Shown here: positions 13,301 to 27,654 of the stretch, piece after piece | Numbering within the stretch: the stretch's first letter is position 1 | Layout: each line of letters opens with the position of its first letter | From: Azolla caroliniana | Lineage: Eukaryota > Plantae > Polypodiophyta | Length of the DNA stretch: 64,000 nt | Reading direction: 5' to 3' | NCBI GenBank assembly: GCA_043228905.1 | Contig: JBHGNT010000009.1 | Location: forward strand, 8,866,001-8,930,000 | The notes under the pieces: model-generated | What the model saw: only the letters and a program-made list of their open reading frames with translations | What the model was told of the DNA's origin: nothing | Database searches by the model: none | Made by a program: the position numbers and the translations under genes

Positions 13301-16300
13301 CCGCCCTGCTCTTGATTCAGCTTGTGGCTCACATTACTGATGCTGTTGCTGTATAAATCCTGTGTGCTCATGCCATGGCTGCTGCTATGGTGATTGGATG
13401 ATATGAGGAGGTGGTTCATCGCAGGATGATCTTGTGGTGGTTGTGGTGGCGGCGGCGTGATTGTAGTTGGTGTGGCGGCGGTTATAGCAGTTGTAGTAGG
13501 GTGGTTTACGTTCATGTAGTAATTGTCTGTCTCTTCTGCCCACAGCTGAACGCTCTCCTCCCACACCATCTTTACTCTTCCCACTCGCTTCATTCTTGAT
13601 GATGACATGAATCCTCCGCTTCCGCCTCCGCCTGCCATCACACGATTCACAATACTGTTATTGTTGGCTTCTTGCGCCGCTGGTGACTGCTCCAAACTCC
13701 CGCCACTGCCGCCGCCGCCGCCGCCTTCCCCTGCTTCTATTAGTAGAGCTGCAATTTCAAAAACACGCCACATACACAGACACAGTCCATCAACCAAAGT
13801 TTCTCGTCCCATCGATCATACACACACACATCCAATCCAATCGGCAGACAGTCTCAGTCAGTCAGTATGAACAACAATAATAATGCACAACCAACCAATT
13901 ATGTTAAGATAATTAATTTATTACATATTCGCAACAAGACAAGACAACAAGAATCACAACCCAAAATATTAGTTAATTACATAAGAATGTTAAAAATTCA
14001 GAACAAGATCTCAGTTCATTAATTTTAGTGCTCCCAAAACCCAAAATAAACCTAGTTGATTAGTCTTCCCAAAACAGTAATTAAGTTATTTAATTAGGGC
14101 TCCCCATAACAAGCAATTAAAATTGATGCCGCAAGGTAAGTACCACGCGCAATGATCACAAAGAAGAAAAAAAATCAGGAGGAAGGAAGATACACACGAC
14201 TATATCAGGTCTTGCATAAGATATTAGAAACCGTCGTAATCAAATAAAATAGAAAATTTAATCAAATTCAAGGAGGACAATGTATAAATGTGTAATGCAT
14301 TACCTAATATTTAATTAAACCTTGCATGTATGCATTAGTTTATACATGGGAAGTACACCAAGTAATGATAGACAGATAGATAAAGAGCATGGAAAATGTT
14401 CCATAGAGGGAAAAAAAAAACAATTGCTGCAGACAGCAAAAACAATACATATATATATATATATATATACATCCATGAAATGCATACAGAATTATTATTA
14501 TATTCGATTCTACAATCAATCACGCTGTGTACTATTACTACTAATCCTACTGCCACAGCTTTGGCTTTAATTCATGGTTTAAGCAAAGTACTGATTCTGC
14601 TCCTTTTATATTATTGTCTATTATATATAACAATTGCATATATATTCATTCATGTGAAAAGTAATTCAATTCCTGTCTCCTAGAGGAGCCATTTTTACCC
14701 CATGGCTTTCTTTTCAGAATCCAAATTTATTACTATTACTTTTTACTTTTAGAGTTGAGGAGGGAGGAGCTGGTCTATGATGATGGGTTTAGGGTGAGAT
14801 TATATAATAAATGAATGGCTTCCTGTCACGACATTCTTCTACAATCTCACCTCCCAATCACATCCTCTGCATACAGGCTAGGCCTATACATACATAGTTT
14901 GTTCTCCTTCCCTCTTCCCTTCTTGGTAAGATATAATGCGAAGCAAATTATTTAAGATCAACGTCAGATCCAATCAAAAGACCTATCTGGTGCCCTGTCA
15001 TTTGTCTAGGGTTTAGTGTTATGTATACTGTTCCTGACTGTTAATTACGGTCATTAGCGTTAGTAATGTTTCCTCCTGATGATGGATTATGGGAAGGGTC
15101 GTCTCTCTCTCACACAGACAAGAAGCGCATGCATTGGGCTTGCATCTCCTTTTAACCCTTTTTCTTCTGCCAAAACACCACAACTTTAATCAGACAAAGA
15201 AGCTCTAAAAACTCAGTCAATTCACCATGAATCTTCCTTCCAAATGCACCCTCATCAAATTAACTCATCTCCCTGCTTCTCTGCTCTTCTGATCCAATCC
15301 GACATGAGGTTAGCAGAGAGCACTTTAATTACATTACCCGTGGTTATGACATTCCTAACGCAAATTTCGACTCAGACATCGATCACTCACCCCGATGAGC
15401 GGCGCCACCACTGCCGAATAATAAGCCTTCCGTTAGGTTCTGTTTCGGACGGCAATGCAGATTAGAGCCGCCGCTATTATAAACTGCCACCATGGCGCCG
15501 CTGCTGCTGCTGCTGCCGCCCATATGGTGATAATCCGACAACGTTATAACACCTGAATTCGCTCCCACATTATGACCCATAACTAATGCCCGGCCGTGAC
15601 CGCCTCCTCGATGACCGCCGCCTCCGATGGATCGTGGCCTGTGGCCCACATATTGGATCATCTCTTCGTACACGTCCTCGTCAAAGGACGCAGGCAACCT
15701 GTGCTGCTTGCGCTCCGCGGAGGAGAGGCAGAAATAGCTCTTCCCCCCCGCCGCCTCCTCTCTCTCCGGCCCTTTCTCCCACTCGTGAACACGCCTGAAA
15801 TCCCCCAGCATATTGTCCCACTTCGTCGCCGCCGTCTTCATGTCCCGCTGGACGCCCTGCTGCTTCAGGTACTCCGCCACCTCCCAGTCCTTCTCCGCCC
15901 GCGTCTTGGCCTTGTGGGCGGCGGAGCTTTGATCCGCGCCGGCCTCGGCCTTGGAAAAGGAAAGCGCCGCCGGGCCTCCGCTGTACTGGATTCGCCACGC
16001 TTTGGCCAGGGCAAGCATCTCCATCGGCTTCCACACAGGTGACACGAACTTCCCCTTCCTCACGCTGCTCCGCCCACCTCCCTCCGCTGTCGTCGACGAC
16101 GGCTGATCCGCCACCGAAGCCTGCAGCGCTCCTCCAGCGTCGCTACCCATTGCGTGAGACGGCGGTGGATTATTAGGGTTGCTATTGCTCGTGTATGGCA
16201 GCCTGATCGTCGACTGAGATGCAGATTGGGAAACAGAAGGTGAGCCTACAGCACTGGTTTGCGCTCCCCTGCCTCCTCCTCCGCCGCTGCTTGCCGACAT

Positions 16301-17056
16301 CCCCTGCATCGTGGCCGTCTTAACTGCAGAGCTTGATGGCGAGGAAGACTGAGAGAAGGAATGAGCGCTAGCTGAGCTGATCGGCCCGGAGGGTGGCGAA
16401 ACAGCTAAGTGTGGCGCATTAGGGTTATATCCTCCGCCAGCTGAAGCTGAGGAGAGGTTAGGGTTAATTATGATATTGGATTGAGGTCCAGCGACCAATT
16501 GAGCTGCGGCGCCGGAGGCGGAGATGGGGAGGGAAGGGATGAGGGGCCACGTAGCTTGCAGAATGTTGACGTACTTGCCTCGCTTTGCAGAAGGAGAGGG
16601 ATGATCAGCCAGGTCGGAGGCGATGGCGGCGGCGGCGGCGGCGGCATTGAGCGGAGGAGCAGGGGCAGAATTAGTGGGCTGCGGAGCTGGAGGTGGTGGT
16701 GGTGGTGGAGGAGGAGGGTTGAGGCTGTAGGTAGAGATTTGGCGGGAGGAGAAGGAAGAAAGCGGGAGGAAAGGATTAGGGTTGGAGATGGTAGAGGTGG
16801 TAGCATGGAGGTGATGAGGATGGGGATGGTGGGTAAGGAATGACGAGATGAGCGTGGGTTGGGCGGAGGAGGAGGAGGAGGAGGAAGGAGGCGGAGGAGG
16901 AGGAGGAGCCGTTGCAGCGCCGCCGGCGGGAGGAGGAGGAGGAGGAGAAGCGGGGCGGTTGATGATGAGTTGAGGAGGAGGATGGTCTATTATGATGTGG
17001 GCGGTGTTGGAAGAAGACGAATTGTCGACGTTGATTTGCTGGACGTCTTCTTCCAT
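8878..17056 (-). CDS. Trihelix (Myb/SANT-like) + REase-like + Crinkler(CRN8)-type protein kinase fusion, At5g51800-like; 3 exons, 1332 aa
   Basis: Exons 17056-15391, 13748-12885 and 10346-8878 are joined by two phase-1 GT-AG introns. Total 3999 nt is a multiple of 3 with no internal stop. Domain order matches the land-plant trihelix-kinase family as I recall it. Confidence 0.88.
12885..13748 (-). CDS. Exon 2: conserved middle domain split by a low-complexity insert
   Basis: ttgcag acceptor at 13749; KRVGRVKMVWEESVQLWAEE ... GRLKVESVSFLNADELVFLDES...GFSTHTFTPGQVIKVFGRR; donor G|gtatgt at 12884. Confidence 0.88.
15391..17056 (-). CDS. Exon 1: low-complexity N-terminus plus trihelix DNA-binding domain
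   Basis: RKGKFVSPVWKPMEMLALAKAW...KTRAEKDWEVAEYLKQQGVQRDMKTAATKWDNMLGDFRRVHEWEK...SYFCLSSAERKQHRLPASFDEDVYEEM; donor G|gtgagt at 15390. Confidence 0.9.
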
Positions 17057-17261
17057 GGAGAGCAGCGATGGCGATGGCGATGGCGATGGCGATGGCGAGA
17101 ATGATGATGATTACCAACCAAACCAAGGAAGGAAGGAAGGCAGTGGGTAGGAAGTAATAAAGTGGCAGCTGCTCGACGATGGGAGGAGAGGAGGGAAGGA
17201 AAAGGTATGGAGCGGATGGAGGAGGGTTGGATGAATCGAACAAACAATGAATGAATGAATT

Positions 17262-17345
17262 AGAGAGAGAGAGAGAGAGAGAGATGGGGTTGGAGAGAAC
17301 TTGTTTAATTGAATAGTCGGAGAGCGATTAGAAAAGGAAGACGAG

Positions 17346-17389
<44 letters not shown>

Positions 17390-17404
17390 TGAGTTTATGT
17401 TTGA

Positions 17405-17446
<42 letters not shown>

Positions 17447-17624
17447 ATGGCGGCGGCGATGGTGGTGGTGGTGATGATGGACATGATGATGATGATGATG
17501 GTACGTGAAAAAGGAAATTTTGAAGCAACGCCAATGAGTTGAGTGACAGAGCTCCTTCTCTCAGCATTTCGATCGATCGATCGATGAACCCGGGGGGGGG
17601 GGGGAGTGTGTGTGTGTGTGTGTA

Positions 17625-17667
<43 letters not shown>

Positions 17668-17692
17668 GAGAGAGTGTGTGTGTGTGTGTATG

Positions 17693-17726
<34 letters not shown>

Positions 17727-17770
17727 TGTATAATGTATGTATGTGTACATGCATAGATATGTGCGTATGT
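17262..17770. repeat. Microsatellite battery in 5' leader/promoter of the trihelix-kinase gene: (GA)n, (GT)n, (GAT)n, G-run, (GACA)n, (GATA)n
   Basis: Directly visible consecutive tracts. Confidence 0.9.
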
Positions 17771-18149
17771 ATATATATTTTATTTTTGGGAGGGGGAAGG
17801 GGGTTTGCTTGGTTTGAGGTGAGAGGGAGGGAGAGGCAAGAAGGCGAGGAGGAGGCGGCGGCGGCGGCGGCGGTGTCGACGTCGTCTCTGTCGTCGCGTC
17901 TCCCCACACCCCCCTAAAGTTTCAGAATATTACCAATTCGAGCCTCAAACCACCCATAACACCCCCGAGTCCTACCCACCACCACCCCAATGGCCCAACC
18001 CAAAACATGTGTCTCAAGAACGGAATATCACTCATACAATACATTCATGTCTCGGTTAGTCTCACGCGACCTTCGTTCCCATTTTATACCGTGAACGGTG
18101 ATTGCCCCCCTTGTTGTCTCATGGGCCAATTTTTGGCCTTAGAAGACGT

Positions 18150-19620
18150 TAATCTCTCTTTGGTTTGCATGAAAGAAGACCTTACCATTGTTGGCCATTT
18201 AGATCATCTATCCATTTAAGTGCCAAAAACGCTCATAAACTTGTCCATCTCGAGGAAATAAGCATTCCTTCTTAAGCCACTTGAAATCCATTGAACCAAC
18301 CAAAAGTAGACACTTGCCCACCAAATCTAGGTAAAAGTAATGAACATGTTGTTGGGACAAATACTTTCATGAGTGAGCACATCCATAACAATGTGTAAGA
18401 TTTTTTTCGGTTCTCCACGAAAAATGCAATCATTCTATCTCTCTCCTTTGAAGATTCGACACATTAGGGAACACACCTGAATACGCATCTCCATAGGAAT
18501 ACATTTTGCTTACGTGGATGACCCGGCCTCCGTATACTTGTAAGATTGTTTTCCCACCAAGATCGTAGTGTGAGTAAATAATGTCAAAGAACATTTGCAT
18601 GTTCTCAAAACCACGATGAGCGCTTTAGCAACCTTTGTTAATTAGGTTCCTCATTAATGCATGATACAATAGGAACAATATAAATTGTAGCTTACCATAA
18701 TGCAACTCTAACACACAACCAACTAGCTTCCACATATTCATACTTGTCTTCATCATAAGCAGAATTTGGCTAAAATGTTCGAAATCCATGTTTTTGTGTG
18801 GCAAAATTAATGATTTCGAACATGCTAAAGAGAACCTAAAACAAATGTGAGACATACAAACATTGACCGATCCATGTAACAATAAGAATGTGGACTTCAT
18901 TTGTCCATATACTCAACCTCATCAACTTTTAAACATGGTTTGGTTACATTTGTTCACCAACCTATAACCAAAATCCAGTTGTTGCTCATGGATTCATGCA
19001 TTGAACCATCATTTTAATTACTTACGTCGATATGTCTACTCATCTACACTAGTTATAAATGGTCATACGCCCTACATGTCATCCATTATCATTTCGTACT
19101 TTGTCGGGTCACCAACCAACATCCTGACATCCATCCCTTGTGCCTTTCCAAGTGATGAGCACATAAGAATACCAACCTAAACCATTCCATCGACTTTTTT
19201 CTTTCTTTCAAAACAAATTATCCTTCCATTAGTTATAAAGAAAGGTCATAACGGTTACATCATACAAAGTATTTTTTCCCAAGCCCGTCTTCTGTAGACA
19301 ACATCAAGTTCCTGCTTTAAAGTAAAACTTTAGAACATTTTCCTCATGCTTAAATGCCTACAATGTAGTATATTATTGCATGTTAATATGTGTGCAACTT
19401 ACCACAATGATAGTTTGACATATTGGAAATTGTATGTACATGCACGCATCATGTGGATATGTAAGCATATCATTGTCTTCCCCAATAGGAAAAATGAACC
19501 TAAAAAGTGGTATGGGGTCACAATTTTCAAGCACGTTTTGGCCTTCTCTTGGCCATTCCCTAGCTGGTCTACTCACTTTCTCATTTGAGCCATACAACAT
19601 CAATTGTAAGTGTGGATTGA
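18150..19620 (-). mobile_element. Decayed L1-type LINE ORF2 remnant
   Basis: Minus-strand fragments: IPLFRFIFPIG (YLGxP-like), AWEKILC, WWENNL...PRKQNVFLWRC and a degenerate Cys/His finger; many stops. Confidence 0.5.
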
Positions 19621-22600
19621 CTTGCAAGTAAAAGATAGAACTACAATATGTGTTATAAGCAATCCAAATATTTAGTGATACCTAGTATCAACATAATTTC
19701 AATGTTGAACACCTTGGGTAACCTTCCAGATTAAAGGACGATTAATTGTACAAATTATAGGAAGTTTAACCCAATGTCGCTAAGTGTTCTCCTTGTGTAC
19801 AATGATGTGTCACAACAAAGACGAAATGCTACTAATATTTGCCTTATTTTGTTAATTTCTAAGGCGTAATGAAACATTACACAAACTAATTGCGCGAAAG
19901 CCATAGAAAGGTAATTTCCTCGCAATAAAACTCCTATAAATTTTGCAACGTGTAAGAATCCTCGATATGCACATCGAAGGTTGTTGATACAAACAACATT
20001 GAACCCTTAGAGAAATAAAAACAAGAAACCTCAACTATTGGTAAGTTAGCGATTTTGTATCTTGTGAAATCCTAAAGGTATAGAAATATCATGTCAATCT
20101 TTCATCTTTCTATTTCATTTAGTGTACTTTGCCCAATATTGTTGTTAGTAGTAACATCATAAATTTCTTTGGGTGATGTCTCTTGTAGAAAGTTAAAAAT
20201 AGTTGGAATTCCTAAAAGCCATCAAAATAGACCAAAAGCATTGTTTAGAAGACCAAATCCAAATTTCTTCTATTGCTATTCGTGAAACCAAAATACAATA
20301 TTGTTTCATGACTTTGTTAATACATATGAAGCCCAAAGTGTTTCCCAACCTAGGGAACTAGTATATTGCTGGTTACAATTCCTTGTTTATCATTGTGCAA
20401 GTGACTCGCACATGAAGGGTAATGTTTCTTGCACGTAATCCTAACCTACTTTTTTATCGTTGACCATGCATATTTTATGGGGTAATTGTCTCAGAGTCAA
20501 AGGACAAGGCTCTTACAAAAATCCTCGAGAACCACTTCAGTGGGCATAGTCGAGACTGGAGATTTTGACTTTTGATTTATCGAGTTTTTGTTTCAACTTT
20601 CAACATATGTGAAGAATACATGTTACCCCTCCTATTCAGGATTCTATTATTTGTATTTGTAAAACTCTAACTTTATGGCCTTTGCCAAAAAGTAGACATG
20701 CCCCCCACATGCTTAAACTCAAGTTTAAATACATATTTTGGCCAACCGTTATTTCTCGAAACAAACAAATCGTTCGATTGGTACAATTAGAGAGTTTGTT
20801 ATACTTCATTGTGAGTAATTACACCATAACCGATAACAATATCATGTAATAAAATAACAATGGTGCAATAGGATGCACTATAACTAGCACCAATCATAAA
20901 TCTAACTAGGTTTCATGCATCGTTGTATATAGCAAATGAAGTCTTTGATTGATTTAGTAGGATGTGGTCTCTCGATGGGGTTTGGACCGCCCTTCAAAAA
21001 TTTGGGGGATAATTTCAGTTGTGACGTTGTAATCCTTTTAATTTGAACTCTATATTTCTTTCCGAAAATGTAATGTGCTGTAAATTTAGATGAGTCTTGT
21101 ATGTTTCACTTTCACCAAATATCTAGTGTCATTTTAAAAGATGGTTATATGAGTACCACTTAGAGATGTTGTAGCACATCTCAAGATTTAACACACTTTG
21201 GGCGTATAAATAACTTCACGAAAACCATCACAAAAGCCCATATCCATGAATTCTAGTTACACTTGTCAAGGGCCAAAATCGTGTGATAATTGGGAGATCA
21301 TTCCCACAATCAAGGCTTTAATGTTGTTGGGGGGCACACAAAATGTTAGCGTGGACAGTACAATAGTTGCATTGTATGTTATGCACCAAGTATATGATGA
21401 GAACTTACAAGGAGACTAGTTGATTTTGCTTGAATGTGAAATGGGTTACAAGTTACAAGTGACATAGCATGATTGAAAGTTCACTCAAACTCCACCATTC
21501 ATTTGGTTGGTGAATTATCGTTGTGATCATATGTACCTAGGTGGCTGTGTTTCATGACTACTTTCAAGAAGGTGGAAGTGCTCCACTTGTGAAGCTCTTG
21601 CTTGGTCTTGTGCATATTAGAGTTCACTTGGAACATTTGATTCATTCTTGATGCTCATGGAATATGGTAGGGCTAAAGGCAAACACGATTGTAGAACAAA
21701 ACTCACTCATGAAGGAGGTCTCTTCTTCATGTGTGGTGGCACTACCAATGGTACTACAAAGACATAGCCCTAATACTATTGTATCATGCATGTATATGTA
21801 TATGTATGTTACATGTATATGTGTGATAGCGCCCTTGCCATTATATTTCATATTAAACAAAAGAAAAAGCTATTAAATAAGAAACTATTATAGTTTATAA
21901 TAATATTATTGAAAATCTAGGGCTGACCATAGAAGCTAGAGGCGGCGCAAGAATTGGTAAGGAAATACACCAAATATTAATATAAATATTTTATATTAAG
22001 AAACATATAAAATACACGAGTTGATTTCTTAAGTTAATCATCGAATTTAATATAATAATAAAATAATAAATTGTTTAATGGGCGCACACCGGAAGCCGTC
22101 ACTCGCGAGAATTAAATAAATAATAAATAAATAAAGCAGCAAATAGAAAAGGCCTTTTCGTGGCTCCGTACGTTAACAAAGATAAAGATCCAAATATATA
22201 CATACATACCTACATACATACATACATACATACATATATAGCATAGCCACACACATACACACATACATGGATGCAACACACGCACACAATAAAGATGTAT
22301 TCATACATTCAAAAATGGCCCACTCTTGGCTATGCTAGAATATCCATCCTTTCTTTCCTTCATGATTATTAAATGCCATTTTGCTACTCGAACATGCCAT
22401 CCATTGACCACGATACATATGTACACACACACACACACACACACACATATATCTCTCGTCACCAATTTGTAGGGAATGAGTTGTAGGCTAAGATGGAGTT
22501 GTACAAAATATCAATTCGTTCTGTGCAAGGAATGAATTATAGGCTAAGATGAAGTTGTGCAAATAAAAAATAATTCTGGAGGCATGTTTTTCCACCCTGA

Positions 22601-23199
22601 TAATTTGGTCGAAGCTCAATGATGTTATAATGATTCTCTAGTTAGCATATATGCCACCAACGTAGTTGTTGTCAACTCAAGCGAAATGGGAAATGTCTAG
22701 AATGTCACCACAAAGCATGGTAACATAGGTAGGGTCAATCACATCCCTTTGCACTTTTTCATCCTACTTGTTAAAAGCTCAATGTATTTTTTCCTTCATT
22801 TGCTGTAATTTGTTATGGATCATTCATCAAAACTTGAGGGAACATACAACGTGTACAATTTCTTTAATGTTCACTTGTTTTCATTTACCTTGGTAATATA
22901 GACAAAAGGTTTGTATTTCTTTGTACCTAATCAAGTACCAAGTCGTGTAAAACATTTCCTCAAACATTTGGAATTCCATAACACTTCTTTGAAGCATGTA
23001 CCCTACTAATCAATTGTCTTCTTTTTGAATATTCGGGAGCATTAAGCTATTTAATTAGTCCATGTGGTCATGTCCCTTGGACCAACCAAACCTATGTTAT
23101 AGTCTTATGGACATGACTTTTTGTTGTAGACAACTAATCTTCACAAAGTGCATCCCTTGGCTCTTGAAATAACTATGACACAGGTACATGTTCTCCCTA

Positions 23200-23560
23200 G
23201 TAAATGATGATAAAGAGGTTGATGGGTTTCATTTCATGCAGCAATGTGGTTTCGAATCCATTTCGTAATAATTCAATTTCTTCTTACGGGATGAACTTCA
23301 AAATTAACAAATCGGATATTAGCATTCTTGTAGGATGTAATGTTGGATTGAATAGTTTTTTGCAATTAAAGGAGTTGTGGGATTTATTAGATCAAATTGT
23401 TGTATGGTCTCTATGGAAAGCGAAGTTTGTGCAGATGTTTCAAGGTAAAATAGTTCATGTTACGAAACTATTGTTGCTGCTTGGTTAGAATTTGTAAGTT
23501 CTTTAAGAGTTGAATATGATAGTATTCCTATACATATAGATTTCGGAATAATATTACAAA
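23200..23560 (+). mobile_element. L1-type LINE extreme 3' remnant
   Basis: LWDLLDQIVVWSLWKAKFVQMFQGK resembles the W.IW..RN..IF motif that ends L1 ORF2. Confidence 0.4.
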
Positions 23561-26500
23561 TAACTTTGGCATTGTAATCCAATTTTTCAGAAGGACGATT
23601 GTAGGATGATCTAGCAATTCTCTCCCCCTTTTTTGGTTGTTTTCCGCTACTTTGGATGCACATAGAGTCAATCATCTCCTTAGCTCACTTAAGGGAAAGA
23701 TATATGGCCCATCATTGACTTTCACATGATGGTTTTGGAAGTCTTTTGGTTTTCTTTTCCATCTAATTTGTATGTGTATCGGATTTGGTTTTTTTTAACT
23801 AATGGAAGGCTATTCTTTTTTGGAAAAATCAAAGATTAAGAATCATTTTGAAGACTTGAATCCAGGTTGTCCAAATGAGCACTGCTAGAAATTTGTTGAT
23901 GGTTTTAAGTTGACGAAATCCCCTACAACTAAACTTTTGTGATCTTATCTTATTTTTGAAGTAGTTTTTTTCTCCTAGAAAAGTTTTGAAATATTGAATT
24001 ACCATACATGGTGAGAGCCACAAGGGCACAATCTTGGTACAATGTTTTGATCAAAATTTGAATGCTTTTTATTAACAATAAATGATGAATAGTAAGAGAG
24101 TGAAGAGACAGAACCTTATAAAGCATGTCTCCGTTGCTCCAATGATTGGTGAGGTCAACTTGTTGTAAGTAATAAAAAAGAACTTTTATCTTGGACATGA
24201 ACGTTCATTCAACAATTTCATTGACGCAATAATCCCTCAAGGTATTTTTTTCACATACTTTTATTATTTTGGCATACCTAAATATTTATGTAACAAAGTG
24301 ATTATAGGTTTTCCATTACATTTTTCTGGTTAAAGCTGCCTTGCAAATGGTAATTATGTTTGGGGAATGTTGTACAAACATGACTCTTGGAAAAAACTCG
24401 CAAGGCAATGCTGTCTACGAAGTATTTGGCACTATTGCAAAAAATCATTTATGTGAACAAACTCATAGTGTTCATGGTCACAATTTAAAAACTATGAAGG
24501 TCTTTTGCAATAAATCCAACATCAAACCATTTGTTTGATCCATGACCCTAATGAATAGAAGGGCAACAAAATGTACCACCACAACATTGTGTTTAATCTA
24601 AATAGGTACGTAAAATTCGTGTTCGTCTAGCATAACATTCGTTTTCCTACGTTGGAAAACGAATGTGAATGTTCTTCAAACATTCTTGTGTTTTTTTTTT
24701 GTTTTCCCCCCACTTTCTTAATGTTTTTTTCCATTTTTTAGGCTTATTTACCTCATAATAAACTATAAATATTTAATCCAAAAGTATGCTATTTATCATT
24801 CTTTGAGGGTGTTTTTCTTACGCAAATGATTGAAACATTCATGAATGCGAATGCGAATGCACGTATGGTACGCATGGTTCATACTATGCTAGATACTATG
24901 TACCAACTTAATAATTTGTGGGGGCACCTAATGTATAATGAGCCAATGCTTCCACGTTGTGCCTTCATACATAAATTTGGGTTAGACTATTATCTTCACG
25001 CATTGTCATATTTTCAGTTGTTGCTCCTCTTTGTTCCAATGTTTGTCAAACTCATTGAGCTCCGAAAACATTGAACTACAAAAAGGAAACACTGGTGTCA
25101 AAGCATTCTTTGGGAACCACATCCTGTTCTTCCTAGATGGATGATTTGCCCCGTTTGATGCCGTCGTGTGAAAGTTGTTTTTATGATTGAGGAATTCAAT
25201 TGATTTTAAGTAATCCATCTTTACGTGGCACAACATGAAAGGTGCTATGAAAAACACGTAACCAACCAAATTACGTGAAATGGATAAATCAATATGGTTA
25301 GGGCATTCTTTAGAACTTACTCCAGGAAGATTCTTCCTGAGCTGCGATTGCAGTTTCTTCTTTCTATTGCTTTTTTGGTGAAAAGACAAGCAAGTTTTTC
25401 CCGGCTTAACTGAAAAGCCATATTCCTCTCTGCAAACTCTAGGAGAGAGTGGACTTCAAGAACATCACAAAGTGGGTCAACAAGGAGGAATGGAGGTGGA
25501 AAATTGTTTTAATTTGTTATCGAACCACCTTCAAACTCATCTTCCAATTACAACTCCATTGACTAATGCCATTATCATTTCATCCTTTCCTATCATGCCC
25601 ATGTAATTGCTATTGTCCTTTGTAATGTGATATGTTGTAAAAAAATAGCTCTAAATCTACGGTCATATGACGTTAGGTAATAGATAACATATACAAATCT
25701 ATGATATGATGTTAACTTCTAAAATAGAACTTGATCTCATATTTTATTGTAGTATATGTTCAATTACTTGTGTACACAGATGCAAACATGTGGGTATATA
25801 TATTATGATAAAATATGTATGTAGATATCTATCTAGTTTCATATCCAATATTGATGAGAGAGGGAGAGACACACCCACACACATTGCATGTGACAAAATA
25901 ATGTACCATATGAAGTCAAATATATTATCATAGTAATAAGAGAAGTTTTTAATGTGTAATTTACTACTTTCCCTCATATAGGGAGTCTAGTATATACAAG
26001 GAGTTGGTACATTCTGAAATAAACTTTGGCATGATTAGTAAGCATATAAAAGCTAACTATGAGGCTACCAACAATGGGGAGCATACTTGGACCTAAACGT
26101 GACAAGAAAGGGTGTAGATGTACTAATATTTCGGATATCGTGCATACTTGCAAAGTTGCTTTTGTCTTGAGAACAAAATTCTGATATGTGGACAGCGAAA
26201 GTCGGGCCCAAGGAGTCTTAGCCTATAGACCCTTTTTACTCTATCTAAATGACATTCTCTAGGGAGAGTTAAGGTCATAGGAATCCTTGGGGCCAAGTAT
26301 ATGTAGAATCTAGATCAAGCAATTGCATGTGTGCTCTTTTTGGGGTATCACAAACTCTCATAAATGTATTTTGTCAACCACTGCTCATGCAAGCACAAAC
26401 CAAATGGGTTGGTACTATGTAGAGGGTGTAACTGGCATGGTATGTCCATGAGCTAGGGAATGAGTTGGAAATGGAATCCACTTTTAAGGCTCGATACAGT

Positions 26501-27269
26501 TGTTGCATACATATGGATATATGCATGTTGTATTAACGTACACATAGATACATTTCTAGTCAACACACGACTTGAAAATACTTCAATTTTAGAAGCATAA
26601 TGTGTTGTATTTGGGATGGCATAATGCATTGTGTTTGAGATGGCATAACCCATCTCCCCCATGTACACACATAAACATGTGATTAGGTGGGGCAACTCAC
26701 TTTTCAAGGGGGTAACCTATATTGCCACATTTCTAGTGCACAACATTTGAATGCTTATATATTTGATGCAAATTTCAAGGAACCAATGAGCTTATGGTAC
26801 ATTTCACAAAGCTTATTGACAATATAATGATACATTCCACGTTATTATGTTAATAGGTGAAAATAGAATTGCCAATAATGGTCTAATTGTCAAGTTTGTG
26901 ATTAATAATGAATCCCATGCCTCTCCCAATTAATGTCCACATCTCCTTTGTCCATAGATTATCCTTGTTGTTCATGAGTAGTATGTTCATATCCTTGGGT
27001 TTGGTCATTAGTGGTGCATGGCTTGTTGGGAGGCATCATTTTCTATTAGGAGCATTCAAAAGTGTACGACGAATGTTTGATTGCTATAGAGGCTTTGCAT
27101 GATTCACAACCACAACGATCTCTCGCAATGGCCACTCGCCCCTCATTAAAACACTATATTCAAATATACAAAGGGAGGAACACCCACATAGGCGCATGCA
27201 CCAAATACACAACATAAATACACGCGTACACATATGACATACAGCCATACAATACACCGCATATTACAT

Positions 27270-27490
27270 AGATACATACATAGATACATGCATACATGCA
27301 TACATACATGCATACATACATGCATACATACATGCATACATACATGCATACATACATACATACATGCATACATACATGCATACATACATGCATACATACA
27401 TACATACATTCATACATACATACATACATGCATACATACATAGATACATGCATACATACATAGATACATGCATACATTCCATTACACACA
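27270..27490. repeat. (CATACATACATG)n 4/12-bp satellite tract
   Basis: Directly visible; source of the MYVC/HTCI repeat ORFs. Confidence 0.9.
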
Positions 27491-27619
27491 TATTACTTGA
27501 GGGGTCTTATCAATACATTTATGATGGGGTGGGGGGAGGTAGAGTGTGTGAAACCACAGACAACGTCATGTGTGTGAGGACATGGATGACCATCTTGGGA
27601 ATGAGGCTGCTGATTTCAT

Positions 27620-27654
<35 letters not shown>

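Noticed and set aside
13210-13510. Low-complexity insert as a cryptic intron
   Set aside because: The candidate GTAAAC donor (phase 0) and TGCAG acceptor (phase 1) are frame-incompatible, and the frame is open throughout
25006-25560. 127-aa ORF as a gene
   Set aside because: No splice support or clear domain; at best a faint LINE ORF1 remnant
26083-26300. MITE-like inverted repeats (also 20478-20705)
   Set aside because: Inverted repeats are short and degenerate and no TSD could be identified
27146-27491. MYVC/HTCI repeat ORFs (also 135-399, 17395-17909, 36093-36333)
   Set aside because: Translations of microsatellites that lack stop codons
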